From Macrostomum lignano (lineage: Eukaryota), in the NCBI GenBank assembly GCA_002269645.1, contig NIVC01000208.1, positions 434,001 to 498,000 on the forward strand: a stretch of 64,000 nucleotides of DNA, written 5' to 3'. Below are positions 36,594 through 51,230 of the stretch, in pieces. How positions within the stretch are numbered: position 1 is the first letter of the stretch; each line of letters starts with the position of its first letter. Under the pieces are notes generated by a model. It saw only the letters and a program-made list of their open reading frames with translations. It was not told where the DNA came from and ran no database searches. A program made the translations under genes and the position numbers.

Positions 36594-37051
36594 CCAGAGG
36601 ATCTCAGTGCAAATCAATGCTTTATGAGGGATATTGCAATCTGTTTCAACTGAGAAAAAACTTTCTTTAAGACAGGTTGAAGAACGAGAGAGGCAATTTT
36701 CTTAGGGAGTAGGCCAGAAAATGTAATTAGTGGATTTAGACTTGAAGGCTTCCGAATTGCTCCGTTCTGCTTTCAACTTTCATGCCAGATTTTTTGTGGC
36801 AAATAGGTAGAGTCAACTCAGTCCCAAGCCCCACTGAGAAAGTTTAAGATGACGGCATTCTCGCCTGACATCAAAGAAGCCTTCAGCTCAGGTTGAATAC
36901 TGTGGCAATGCCTGTTAGAGGGCGTGAAGCCTTGCTTTAGGTAAAGGGTCCTAAAGAATTCCCAGTTCTCAAGTGATTTTATGACTTCTTTAGAAAGTTC
37001 ATGGTTGGGTGCCGAAAGAATTCTGGAGTCTCTTTATGAGCGAGTTTAAAA

Positions 37052-37956
37052 GTGAGTTCGTGAGTGAGTTCATGAGTGAGTTCATGATTGAGTTCATGAT
37101 TGAGTTCATGAGTGAGTTCATGAGTGAGTTCATGAGTGAGTTCATGAGTGAGTTCATGATTGAGTTCATGAGTGAGGTCATGAGTGAGTTCATGAGTGAG
37201 TTCATGATTGAGTTCATGATTGAGTTCATGATTGAGTTCATGAGTGAGTTCATGAGTGAGTTCATGAGTGAGTTCATGATTGAGTTCATGATTGAGCTCA
37301 TGAGTGAGGTCATGAGTGAGTTCATGATTGAGTTCATGAGTGAGTTCATGATTGAGTTCATGATTGAGTTCATGAGTGAGTTCATGAGTGAGTTCATGAG
37401 TGAGGTCATGAGTGAGTTCATGAGTGAGGTCATGAGAGAGTTCATAGGTGAGTTCATGAGTGAGGTCATGAGTGAGTTCATGAGTGAGGTCATGAGAGAG
37501 TTCATAGGTGAGTTCATGAGTGAGTTCATGATTGAGTTCATGATTGAGTTCATGATTGAGTTCATGATTGAGTTCATGATTGAGTTTATGAGTGAGTTCA
37601 TGAGTGAGTTCATGAGTGAGTTCATGATTGAGTTCATGATTGAGTTCATGAGTGAGTTCATGAGTGAGTTCATGAGTGAGGTCATGAGTGAGTTCATGAG
37701 TGAGGTCATGAGAGAGTTCATAGGTGAGTTCATGAGAGAGTTCATGAGTGAGTTCATGAGAGAGTTCATGAATGAGTTCATGAGAGAGTTCATGGGTGAG
37801 TTCATGAGAGAGTTCATGAGTGTGTTCATTAGAGAGTTCATGAGTGAGTTCATGAGAGAGTTCATGATCGAGTTCATGATTGAGTTCATGATCGAGTTCA
37901 TGATTGAGTTCATGAGTGAGTTCATGAGTGAGGTCATGAGTGAGTTCATGAGTGAG
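37052..37956 (+). repeat. 12-bp minisatellite (GAGTTCATGAGT)n
   Basis: About 75 units; same family as 46605-47110 but in the opposite orientation. Confidence 0.96.
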
Positions 37957-37989
37957 CGAGTCCTACTGCTTCTCTGATACTTCCTCTGA

Positions 37990-39240
<1,251 letters not shown>

Positions 39241-40230
39241 AGCCTTTCCAAAACCAAGGTCGGTATGGGCTAATGGACGCTTGGGGCTGCAAGGAACCGT
39301 CGAGTTTTCGAGACGACGGGAAAGTTAGCTGTAGGCAGGACCGGGGGGAACGAGGCAAAGAAGGAAGAGGTTCCGGCGCAGCGTTTCCCTTCCCTTAAAA
39401 AATCTGGATATTCCATTCCGCTCTCTGTGTTTCGCACAGGAAAACTGCTGCAACACAAAGTAACAAAGCTGAAAGAGAGATTGCTGTTCAGCCGTTCGCG
39501 ACAGTCCGCTGTGTTGGACACCACGGGACGCCTTCCTGTCGGCCTTCATCTACGCTTTGTCCCTCTCCCCGCCTCCATCTGATTATTTCTCTGACCCCCT
39601 TTTTTAGTTAAATAGGCCGTTGAACTAAAATGGCCGCCACTTCTGGTCCAGCTGACAAGGAAGTTCCTGCTGCTGCCGCTGCTGCCTCTGCTGCTTCTGT
39701 TGCGACGTTCAACACTTCACCAACTCAGCAGAGTCAGGAAGGCGTTGAAGACTTTTCAGCATTTGAACGGTTGAGTTTCTTTAATTTCTTTGGAAATGCA
39801 TTTTTGAAGGCTTAGCTACCTCTCGAGAAAATACAGTTATCTGATGCGTTTTATGTACTGCGTTTTGAACCACGAAACAAATGAAAAGCATGTGTTTGGT
39901 CCAATTTCGATTCGTATGTTTCTTCATGGCTCAGTTTTCGAAACTACAGCTGCAGTTGCAGTCAGCTTACACGAGTTAAAACGCGAGGTTCCAACGCCCG
40001 GATGTGAACGTCTATTTATATGGCCAAAAAGTCTCTAATCCAGTGCAAAGCCAGCGAAAGCCAGCGAGCACAAAGCACGTTCACCTCGTAATCCACGGCA
40101 TTGCCCAGCTAATAGTCTATGGCCGTCATTTAATTGGCCAGGCCTTTAAACGCTGAGTCAACTATTCTGTGGAGTCAGCAGCCATCAGAGTTGTTTCCTT
40201 GGGGTCGGGAGCCTCCAGCGCCGTTTCTTA

Positions 40231-41000
40231 CAAGTCAACAGCCACCAGAGGCTTCTCTTGCAAGTCAACAGCCACCAGAGGCTTCTCTTGCAAGTCAACA
40301 GCCACCAGAGGCATTTTTTGCAAGTCAACAGCCACCAGAGGCATTTTTTGCAAGTCAAAAGCCACCAGAGGGATCTTTTGCAAGTCAACAGCCACCAGAG
40401 GCGTCTCTTGCAAGTCAACAGCAACCAGAGGCGTCTCTTGCAAGTCAACAGCAACCAGAGGCGTCTCTTGCAAGTCAACAGCCACCAGAGGCTGCTCTTG
40501 CAAGTCAACAGCCACCAGAGGCTGCTCTTGCAAGTCAACAGCCACCAGAGGCATTTTTTGCAAGTCAACAGCCACCAGAGGCATTTTTTGCAAGTCAAAA
40601 GCCACCAGAGGGATCTTTTGCAAGTCAACAGCCACCAGAGGCGTCTCTTGCAAGTCAACAGCAACCAGAGGCGTCTCTTGCAAGTCAACAGCCACCAGAG
40701 GCATTTGTTGCAAGTCAACAGTCACCAGAGGGACCTTTTGCAAGTCAACAGCCACCAGAGGCGTCTCTTGCAAGTCAACAGCCACCAGAGGCTGCTCTTG
40801 CAAGTCAAAAGCAACCAGAGGCTGCTCTTGCAAGTCAACAGCCACCAGAGGCTGCTCTTGCAAGTCAAAAGCAACCAGAGGCTGCTCTTGCAAGTCAAAA
40901 GCAACCAGAGGCTGCTCTTGCAAGTCAACAGCCACCAGAGGCTGCTCTTGCAAGTCAACAGCCACCAGAGGCTGCTCTTGCAAGTCAACAGCCACCAGAA
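40231..41000. repeat. 30-bp minisatellite, about 26 units, no indels
   Basis: Unit CAAGTCAACAGCCACCAGAGGC(G/T)(T/G)CTCTTG. Confidence 0.96.
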
Positions 41001-41519
41001 GCCGTTTTCTTTGCGTCGGGACCGCCACACCAAATAATGCTAAGTTAGAAAACTGGCATTCTAAAGTTGAAAGCCCACAAAAATAATAGGTTGGGCCTAT
41101 TGACAAACGCAATGCTTTACGAAGAAACTCGACTGAGATACAAGCAGGTCTAGTAATGGCTTGCAATATGAATGCATATCTTAAATGTGTCTTCAAACTA
41201 CTTTTTACGAGCGTACAACATAATTGACGTTATTTATTGAAATTCCAATCAAGAAAATCAACACAGTTCATAAACTATTATTTTCTTTTCAACAGGCAGT
41301 TGTCGCTTAGTCAAAGCATTGGCGAAGATTTGCGACCTCGGCTGCATCGGAGAAATCAGTTCATCTTTTCTAGAAAAACGGCTGTAAGTGTGACCTCTAA
41401 TAATAATTTAGTTGCTGGCTTAAACCCTCAAAGGATCAGACTTACAAACCTACATTATTAAACCCTTCAACCCTACCGTACAACTGGACCTTTCAACCCT
41501 CCATACAACCATACAGTAC

Positions 41520-42362
41520 AGTACAGGCTGACCCTACAACCCTACAGGCTGACCCTATAACCCTACAGGCTGACCCTACAACCCTACAGGCTGACCCTAT
41601 AACCCTACAGGCTGACCCTACAACCCTACAGGCTGACCCTACAACCCTACAGGCTGACCCTATAACCCTACAGGCTGACCCTACAACCCTACAGGCTGAC
41701 CCTACAACCCTACAGGCTGACCCTATAACCCTACAGGCTGACCCTACAACCCTACAGGCTGACCCTACAGCCCTACAGGCTGACCCTACAACCCTATAGG
41801 CTGACCCCACAACCCTACAGTACAGGCTGACCCCACAACCCTACAGTACAGGCTGACTCCACAACCCTACAGTACAGGCTGACCCACAACCCTACAGTAC
41901 AGGCTGACCCCACAACCCTACAGTACAGGCTGACTCGACAACCCTACAGTACAGGCTGACCCCACAACCCTACAGTACAGGCTGACTCCACAACCCTACA
42001 GTACAGGCTGACCCCACAACCCTACAGTACAGGCTGACTCCACAACCCTACAGTACAGGCTGACCCCACAACCCTACAGTACAGGCTGACCCCACAACCC
42101 TACAGTACAGGCTGACTCCACAACCCTACAGTACAGGCTGACCCCACAACCCTACAGTACAGGCTGACCCCACAACCCTACAGTACAGGCTGACCCCACA
42201 ACCCTACAGTACAGGCTGACTCCACAACCCTACAGTACAGGCTGACCCCACAACCCTACAGTACAGGCTGACCCCACAACCCTACAGTACAGGCTGACCC
42301 CACAACCCTACAGTACAGGCTGACTCCACAACCCTACAGTACAGGCTGACCCCACAACCCTA
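41520..42362. repeat. Compound minisatellite: 21-bp unit changing to a 26-bp unit
   Basis: CAGGCTGACCCTACAACCCTA to about 41810, then CAGTACAGGCTGACCCCACAACCCTA. Confidence 0.95.
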
Positions 42363-42391
42363 CCTTCTACCCCTCCACCCGCCAGCTCTCC

Positions 42392-42802
42392 ATGGACCAG
42401 TGCCCCCTGGCCCCAGCGAGCTGGAGTCAGGCCCCGTCGCCAACGCCGCTGCAGTCGGGCACCGCCATGGCGGTGCACTCGCACTCCGGCTCAGACACCG
42501 GCCTGCTGCTCGCCGACTCTTCAGTGAGCAGAATCGCCAGTCGAATCGCCCAAAGCATGGATAACGTGCAGAAACGTCGTTCAGTCACCGATTCGAATCA
42601 TCTGAGAGTGCTGCACGACAGCCTGACTAGCTTGACTCACAGGATCACTGGCGCACACGGTAGTCAGGAGAGTCTGCCAGCAGATCAATCCGCAGCGTCG
42701 CCAGGTGGAGCCGTCGCGAGTCTGACTTCGTTGTCGCAGCCTCCGCAGGTGCATCACGTCAAGTCCAACTCCGCTGGAGGTCGAAGTCGAAAGAAAACTA
42801 AG
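42392..42802 (+). CDS. Candidate upstream (first coding?) exon of the RhoGEF gene
   Basis: ATG-initiated, Ser-rich 137-codon segment ending AAG|GTTTGC in phase 0, compatible with the phase-0 exon at 51231. No diagnostic motif. Other candidate exons (39630-39769, 43921-44099, 46151-46508, about 49154-49331) could not be chained confidently. Confidence 0.45.
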
Positions 42803-42849
42803 GTTTGCTTGGCTAAATACTGGATTGCAGAGAGGCTAAACTGAGACAA

Positions 42850-43330
42850 CTGACCATTCTCTCCCCACACACCCTCTCCCTCACTGCACCATTCTCTGCC
42901 CCACACACCCTCTCCCTCACTGCACCATTCTTTCTCCACACACACCCTCTCCCTCACTGCACCATTGTCTGCCCCACACACCCTCTCCCTCACTGCACCA
43001 TTGTCTGCCCCACACACCCTCTCCCTCACTGCACCATTCTTTCTCCACACACACCCTCTCCCTCACTGCACCATTCTCTGCCCCATACACCCTCTCCCTC
43101 ACTGCACCATTCTTTCTCCACACACACCCTCTCCCTCACTGCACCATTGTCTGCCCCACACACCCTCTCCCTCACTGCACCATTCTTTCTCCACACACAC
43201 CCTCTCCCTCACTGCACCATTCTCTGCCCCACACACCCTCTCCCTCACTGCACCATTCTCTCTCCACACACCCTCTCCCTCACTGCACCATTCTCTGCCC
43301 CACACACCCTCTCCCTCACTCTCTCCGTCT
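42850..43330. repeat. 36-39-bp minisatellite
   Basis: Unit CACACACCCTCTCCCTCACTGCACCATTGTCTGCCC and variants. Confidence 0.93.
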
Positions 43331-44249
43331 CCCTCACTGTGTCCCTCTACCTCACTCCACTTCAAAAACGCAATTCTCAGAAAGAACCAATGTGTTGTAG
43401 GTACATCTATAAAAATAAATAAACATATATATAAGATTTTTTAAAACTGACACGTGAAATCTAACAAAGCTGACCAGACTACTTAGAAAAAGTAGTACGA
43501 ATCGCCCAAGGAATTAAAAATTAACTTCTCTAAATAGGCTAAAAATCCAGCAATTAAAACAAGTTTTTTTCGACTGTGTCTGTTTAAGCCACTAACTAAC
43601 AAGTTGTTTGAATGAGCAGTATTGTTATTCTGTCACGTGAGTAAATTGTTATAACAGCTTTGTTTTAGTATCCGATTGCACAATTTCCATGGCTTATTGA
43701 AGTTGAACTGTCAGTACTGTAAAACAAATTGTCAGTGGATACATATATAATAGCAGTGTGGGTGAAATCTGGGTTATGACACAAATATTGGCCAAATATT
43801 CATGGCAAAGTATAATATAAATGCGCATGCTAAATTCAAAAGCTTTTTAATTCCGAGACAGTCAAAACAGTTTCTCAATCAAGACCATAGACTATTTTAA
43901 TAATTATGAATATTGGCAGTTTGCCAAACATATTTGCCAAGCATACTACTGATGCTACCGCTGCCAAGCATCACAGACGGAAAACGTCATTAAATACATT
44001 CTTATACAACGGAAGCAATGACGACAGAAGGCAGAAGTTACTCACCAATGACGCCTTGTTGAGCTTTCTGGTGCAGCCCAGCAAGTCTGCTTGCGGTGGT
44101 GAGTTTCTCAGTTTCTTTAGAATTTTTATGATTAATTAATGATTTAGACTGCTCTTGACTCTGTTCTAAAACTTCTGTCTGCAATAAGTCTGCTGTTTGA
44201 TCTTCAAGTATTTAAGCAATTGTTATAACAGCCTCTTTATTATTATTAG

Positions 44250-46140
44250 TGACCCTGACACCCATATTCCTGACACCCATACTCCTGACACCCATATTCC
44301 TGACACCCATATTCCTGACACCCATATTCCTGACACACATATTCCTGACACCCATATTTCTGACACCCATATTCCTGACACTCATATTCCTGACACCCAT
44401 ATTCCTGACACCCATATTCCTGACACCCATATTCCTGACACACATATTCCTGACACCCATATTTCTGACACCCATATTCCTGACACTCATATTCCTGACA
44501 CCCATATTCCTGACACCCATATTGCTGAACACCCATATTTCTGACACCATTATTCCTGACACCCATATTCCTGAAACCCATATTCCTGAAACCCATATTC
44601 CTAACACCCATATTCCTGACACCCATATTCCTGACACTCATATTCCTGACACCCATATTCCTGACACCCATATTCCTGACACTCATATTCCTGACACCCA
44701 TATTCCTGACACCCATATTCCTGACACACATATTCCTGACACCCATATTCCTGAAACCCATATTGCTGAACACCCATATTTCTGACACCATTATTCCTGA
44801 CACACATATTCCTGACACCCATATTGCTGAACACCCATATTTCTGACACCATTATTCCTGACACCCATATTCCTGAAACCCATATTGCTGAACACCCATA
44901 TTTCTGACACCATTATTCCTGACACCCATATTCCTGAAACCCATATTGCTGAACACCCATATTTCTGACACCATTATTCCTGACACCCATATTCCTGAAA
45001 CCCATATTCCTGAAACCCATATTCCTAACACCCATATTCCTGACACCCATATTCCTGACACTCATATTCCTGACACCCATATTCCTGACACACATATTCC
45101 TGACACCCATATTCCTGACACCCATATTCCTGACACCCATATTCCTGACACCCATACTCATGACACCCATATTCCTGACACCCATATTCCTGACACCCAT
45201 ATTCCTGACACACATATTGCTGAACACCCATATTTCTGACACCATTATTCCTGACACCCATATTCCTGAAACCCATATTGCTGAACACCCATATTTCTGA
45301 CACCATTATTCCTGACACCCATATTCCTGAAACCCATATTCCTGAAACCCATATTGCTGAACACCCATATTTCTGACACCATTATTCCTGACACCCATAT
45401 TCCTGAAACCCATATTGCTGAACACCCATATTCCTGAAACCCATATTGCTGAACACCCATATTCCTGAAACCCATATTGCTGAACACCCATATTTCTGAC
45501 ACCATTATTCCTGACACCCATATTCCTGAAACCCATATTCCTGAAACCCATATTCCTAACACCCATATTCCTGACACCCATATTCCTGACACTCATATTC
45601 CTGACACCCATATTCCTGACACACATATTCCTGACACCCATATTCCTGACACCCATATTCCTGACACCCATATTCCTGACACCCATTTTCCTGACACCCA
45701 TATTCCTGACACCCATATTCCTGACACCCATATTCCTGACACCCATATTCCTGACACTCATATTCCTGACACCCATATTCCTGACACACATATTCCTGGT
45801 ACAAAATATTCCTGACATCCATATTTTTGACACCCATATTTCTGACACAGAATATTCCCGACACCCATATACTCCTGACACCTATATTCCTGACTCCCAT
45901 ATTTCTGACACCCATATTCCTCACACCCATATTCCTGAAACCCATATTCCTGACACCCATATTCCTGAAACCCATATTCCTGAAACCCATATTCCTGACA
46001 TCTATATTCCTGACACCCATATTACTCACACCCACATTAATGACACCATTATTCCTGACACCCATATTCCTCACACCCACATTAATGACACCATTATTCC
46101 TGACACCAATATTGCTGACACCCATATTTCGGACACCCCA
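44250..46140. repeat. 15-bp minisatellite with higher-order variants, about 1.9 kb
   Basis: Unit CCTGACACCCATATT. Confidence 0.96.
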
Positions 46141-46604
46141 GTTTCCCCAGCTGTCTTGAAACGTAAAATCATTCCACCCGTTGAAGTGACTGGCCAATGC
46201 CCAGCTAATGCTAAGGTGTGAGCCAATGCCTACGGCCCAAGTTAGACAGCAATGCAATATAACAGAACCCTTAAGGACTCCATATCAAGCGCTTTTGTTG
46301 CGAGAAAGAGTCACAAACTACCGAGAAAGCTTCTCTAAACAAGTCATGAAACGCAGTGAAGGCTCAGACTTGGAAGGCGCTTCGCAGTCACCTGCCTCGA
46401 CAACTGGCAGTGGCGGCAGGCAGGTTGGGGGAGCCCTGCCAACCAATATGGCTGGAATCTTTGCTCAGCAATTTTTTCATAAACCAATTGAAGATTTGAA
46501 ATCGTCAGGTAGGAACTGGGGCGTTAACGTTTTTATGCATGCTGAGGTTTTAATTCATTGATTCTAGATCATTAGCTCAGTCATGCACACGATCAAGAGC
46601 TCTC

Positions 46605-47110
46605 TTATGAACTCACTCATGAACTCACTCATGAAATGACTCATAAACTCACCCATGATGTCACTACTGATTGTCACTCATGAGCTCACTCATGATGTCA
46701 CTTATGAACTCACTCATGAACTCACTTATGAACTCACTAATGATTTCACTCATGAACTCACTCATAAACTCACTCATGAACTCACTTATGATTTCACTCA
46801 TGAACTCACTTATGAACTCACTAATGATTTCACTCATGAACTCACTCATAAACTCACTCATGAACTCACTTATGATTTCACTCATGAACTCACTCATGAT
46901 GTCACTCATGAACTCACTAACTCAGGAACTCACTCATGAACTCGCTCATGAACTCACTCATGATTTCACTCATGAACTCACTCATAAACTCACTTATGAA
47001 CTCACTTATGATTTCACTCATGAACTCACTTATGAACTCACTAATGATTTCACTCATGAACTCACTCATAAACTCACTCATGAACTCACTCATGAACTCA
47101 CTCATAAACT
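46605..47110 (-). repeat. 12-bp minisatellite, inverted sister of 37052-37956
   Basis: Unit ACTCATGAACTC is the reverse complement of GAGTTCATGAGT. Confidence 0.94.
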
Positions 47111-47834
47111 GGTTTCCATCTCATGAACTTAAACCGCACTCATGTCTATTTTTTTATGCCATCAATTGATGCAGGTTTCTACACGAAACAGTGGATTTAA
47201 AATCTCGGAATTTAGTCCACTCTTAAATTTCTGAGGGTGCTTTTAACTTTTACTTTCAATCCACCGTGAGAAACTGAAATTGGGGGCTGGCAGACTCAGT
47301 TTTAAATAATTTATAACGTGCAATGGCGCTGGCGTGACACGTAGGCCGAATGTGGCCTCATAAACTCTACACTTCTTTTATCCAGCATTTAAATCGCCCA
47401 CTCTATCGCCGAGAAGTCAAGATCCGGCAAAGCCCTCCCGCGTCCAAAACAGTACAGACTTTTTATTGCGGTTGTCAGTTGAAAGATAATTGAAACACGT
47501 AAGGCTGAAGTGCAGGAAGCTCCTAGCTATAGCTGCATCTCGCACTGCTATTCTCTTTGATCCATAATCTGCTTATTGATTTAATTCGTTCAAAGAATAT
47601 GCAAAGACATTGTTAGATATGCTTTAATCTGCAGTTTCTTTTGCACTGATTTGTCTGTCTATCGATTGATCGCATATTTGTGCTGGTTTTGTAAGCTGAT
47701 AATCTATAGCGATTATTGGATGGTTCTGTGCTTCCCACTTCTTCCCCTTTTTAAGCGAATTTTTTCTGTCCTTGTCTTCCTATGCTTCCATTTCTGTCTC
47801 GGTCGTAAACCTCACTGTCTACCTCCCTCTGTCT

Positions 47835-47846
47835 ACCTCTCTCCCC

Positions 47847-47891
<45 letters not shown>

Positions 47892-48130
47892 CTCTCATAT
47901 CTCTCTTTCATCTCTCTCTCTCTCCTGAGAGAGAGATTTTTGGCCTGACGAAGAGCCCAGAGGCTTGAAACCGGTAGCCTACTTTCAATTAAATAATTTA
48001 ACACGCCGTGACCTCTCTTCTCTCTCTCTACCTCTCATATCTCTCATATCTCTCATTCATATCTCTAAAATCTATCCCTCTTTCATCTCTCTCTCTCATA
48101 TCTCTCATATCTCTCTTTTATCTCTCTCTC

Positions 48131-48166
<36 letters not shown>

Positions 48167-48234
48167 ATCTCTCATATCTCTCTTTCATCTCTCTCTCTCT
48201 CATATCTCTCATATCTCTCTTTTATCTCTCTCTC

Positions 48235-48278
<44 letters not shown>

Positions 48279-48346
48279 ATCTCTCATATCTCTCTTTCAT
48301 CTCTCTCTCTCTCATATCTCTCATATCTCTCTTTTATCTCTCTCTC

Positions 48347-48428
<82 letters not shown>

Positions 48429-48510
48429 ATCTCTCATATCTCTCTTTCATCTCTCTCTGATATCTCTCTTTCATCTCTCTCTCTCATATCTCTCATATCT
48501 CTCTTTTATC

Positions 48511-48542
<32 letters not shown>

Positions 48543-48620
48543 CTTCCTCTCTGTCTCACTCTCTCTTTTTCCCCCTGTCACTCTCTCTCTCACTCTCTCT
48601 CTTTCCCTCTCTCTCACTGT

Positions 48621-48653
<33 letters not shown>

Positions 48654-48720
48654 CTTCCTCTCTGTCTCACTCTCTCTTTTTCCCCCTGTCATGCACTCTC
48701 TCTCTCACTCTCGTTCTCTC
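47835..48720. repeat. Compound (CT)n/(CTCATAT) low-complexity tract
   Basis: Directly visible. Confidence 0.93.
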
Positions 48721-49609
48721 TCTTTCTGCCTACTTCTTAGCCTATATACCTCTCAGCCTGTCTATCTCTCTCCCTGTGTATATTTCTCCTTGTCTGTTTT
48801 TCCTAAAATCGTTATTGCTTCTGCCTAAACGCAAAAAACCTCTAATCTTCGGTCAAGTAAAACAAAAAAAAACAAAAAACCGCTAATCCCTCATCACAAG
48901 TTGTGAAGTTTTTTCTGTAAATCATATATCGATCCTACGAAAGATAAATTAAGATTTCTCTCTTGGAGAGAAGAGGTCGTTCCATTTAGCTAAGTAATTT
49001 AGGCTTAAAGGATTAAGGTGCTAATTTTTTACGAGTTATCAAACTACTAGTCTGTAAAATTCTTGTTAATGACTTGTGTATTCCTGCGCGGTCTCCTTGA
49101 GAATCGATTATTTCGAAAAATTCTCTCATTTTTCCAGTTTTTTCTCACTAAAGACCCGATTTCAGTTTGCACTGCATCGCATTATGCAGCTTGGCTCACC
49201 TGGAGACTCACTCGTTTTGCACTTCAGAACGAGATGATCGACTGCTGGCTCTCAGGGGACGAGGCGGCGGTAGTGGAGGCAGCGGGGGGATCTCGGAGAG
49301 ATGCAACGCCAACCCCCTGCTGGGCGGGATCGTGAGTGCCACTCTCCCGGACACCTACCAGCGACTGTTTGAGCAAAAACTCCCACTAACTTGGGTCCTC
49401 CGGGGATGAACTGAAATGACTCCTTCTAATCTAAACTTTTTTATAGCATAGAAGCCTAGGAACTGTTTAACTTGAAAACACCACGGGCTTGAAGTTAGAT
49501 TGACCATGGTGTGGGCTCGCTGTTGTTTTTTAGGGAAGCAATGCGGTAGGTTTTCTTGGTTGCATCAAGGAAACTGGAAGCGGATGCAGTAAAAAATTCG
49601 CATATTCTC

Positions 49610-49900
49610 TTCTCTCCTCTCTTCTCACCTCCGTTCTCTCTAATTTCTTCTCTCCTCTCTTCTCACCTCCGTTCTCTCTAATCTCTTCTCTCCTCTCTTC
49701 TCACCTCCGTTCTCTCTAATATCTTCTCATCTCCGTTCTCTCTAATCTCTTCTCTACTCTCTTCTCACCTCCGTTTTCTTTAATCTCTTCTCTCCTCTCT
49801 TCTCACCTCCGTTCTCTCTAATCTCTTCTCTCCTCTCTTCTCACCTCCGTTCTCTCTAATCTCTTCTCTCCTCTCTTCTCTCCTTTCTTCTCACCTCTGT
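49610..49900. repeat. 38-bp pyrimidine-rich minisatellite, about 7 units
   Basis: CTTCTCACCT recurs at 49621, 49659, 49697 and onwards. Confidence 0.9.
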
Positions 49901-50359
49901 TTTCTCTAACCTCTTCTCTCCTGTCTTCTCCTTTGTTCCCTCTCCTGGCATTTCTCCTATCTCTCTATTTCTACATGTCTATCTCTATCTCTCTATCTAT
50001 GTCTCTATCTATCTGGCACCAGGGTGCACCGTTCGCGTGCTGGGGGATAACGGGAATAAGCATAAATCTGTGATGGCACTCGTACTATCAATCCGTTGTT
50101 TCAATCTTCAGCAATTGCAGCAGCTGCAGCAGCATCAACACTCAATATTGAAGTGGCGACGCAATTCAGCCAGCCAACTTCGTCCAGCGGTTGCTTGGAC
50201 AGAGTGTTTTTTTCAGTTTTCTAGGCGGAAAAATTCGAATTTAATTGAGCACTAAACTTTAGTGTATAAAACGCAAAGAACTGATTATATCTACCTTGTA
50301 TTTTAACGGGTAGTGCTTTCTCAAATATATGTGCTGCATATTGTCTAACAAGTTATCGT

Positions 50360-51050
50360 TGAGGTTGTGTCCGAGTGAGGTTGTGTCCGAGTGAGGTTGT
50401 GTCCGAGTGAGGTTGTGTCCGAGTGAGGTTGTGTCCGAGTGAGGTTGTGTCCGAGTGAGGTTGTGTCCGAGTGAGGTTGTGTCCGAGTGAGGTTGTGTCC
50501 GAGTGAGGTTGTGTCCGAGTGAGGTTGTGTCCGAGTGAGGTTGTGTCCGAGTGAGGTTGAGGTTGTGTCCGAGTGAGGTTGAGGTTGTGTCCGAGTGAGG
50601 TTGAGGTTGTGTCCGAGTGAGGTTGTGTCCGAGTGAGGTTGAGGTTGTGTCCGAGTGAGGTTGTGTCCGAGTGAGGTTGAGGTTGTGTCCGAGTGAGGTT
50701 GAGGTTGTGTCCGAGTGAGGTTGAGGTTGTGTCCGAGTGAGGTTGAGGTTGTGTCCGAGTGAGGTTGAGGTTGTGTCCGAGTGAGGTTGAGGTTGTGTCC
50801 GAGTGAGGTTGAGGTTGTGTCCGAGTGAGGTTGTGTCCAAGTGAGGTTGTGTCCGAGTGAGGTTGTGTCCGAGTGAGGTTGTGTCCGAGTGAGGTTGTGT
50901 CTGAATGAGGTTGTGTCCGAGTGAGGTTGTGTCCGAGTGAGGTTTTGTCCGAGTGAGGTTGTGTCCGAGTGAGGTTGTGTCTGAATGAGGTTGTGTCCGA
51001 GTGAGGTTGTGTCCGAGTGAGGTTGTGTCCGAATGAGGTTGTGTCTAAGT
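50360..51050. repeat. 16/22-bp minisatellite
   Basis: Unit GAGGTTGTGTCCGAGT, sometimes with an extra GAGGTT. Confidence 0.96.
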
Positions 51051-51230
51051 AAGGTTATGACTAAATAAAATTTTATTTCGATTTGCAGGTCAAATATTTA
51101 AGTCGCACGGTGTCAGTTTTAAAAAATCGATGCATCAAAAAACCTTTTTAAAATTTTTTATAAAAATTCGTTTGACAGCAAATAATAAATCAACCAGGTG
51201 ATAAAGCTCAACAACTCTTAAACCCCTCAG

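Noticed and set aside
33290-36960. Decayed coding-like patches between the satellites
   Set aside because: They may be old retroelement fragments, but stops are frequent and no diagnostic motif could be identified.
41520-41810. Interstitial telomeric repeat
   Set aside because: It contains ACCCTA motifs but no tandem (CCCTAA)n run; the unit is a 21-bp minisatellite.
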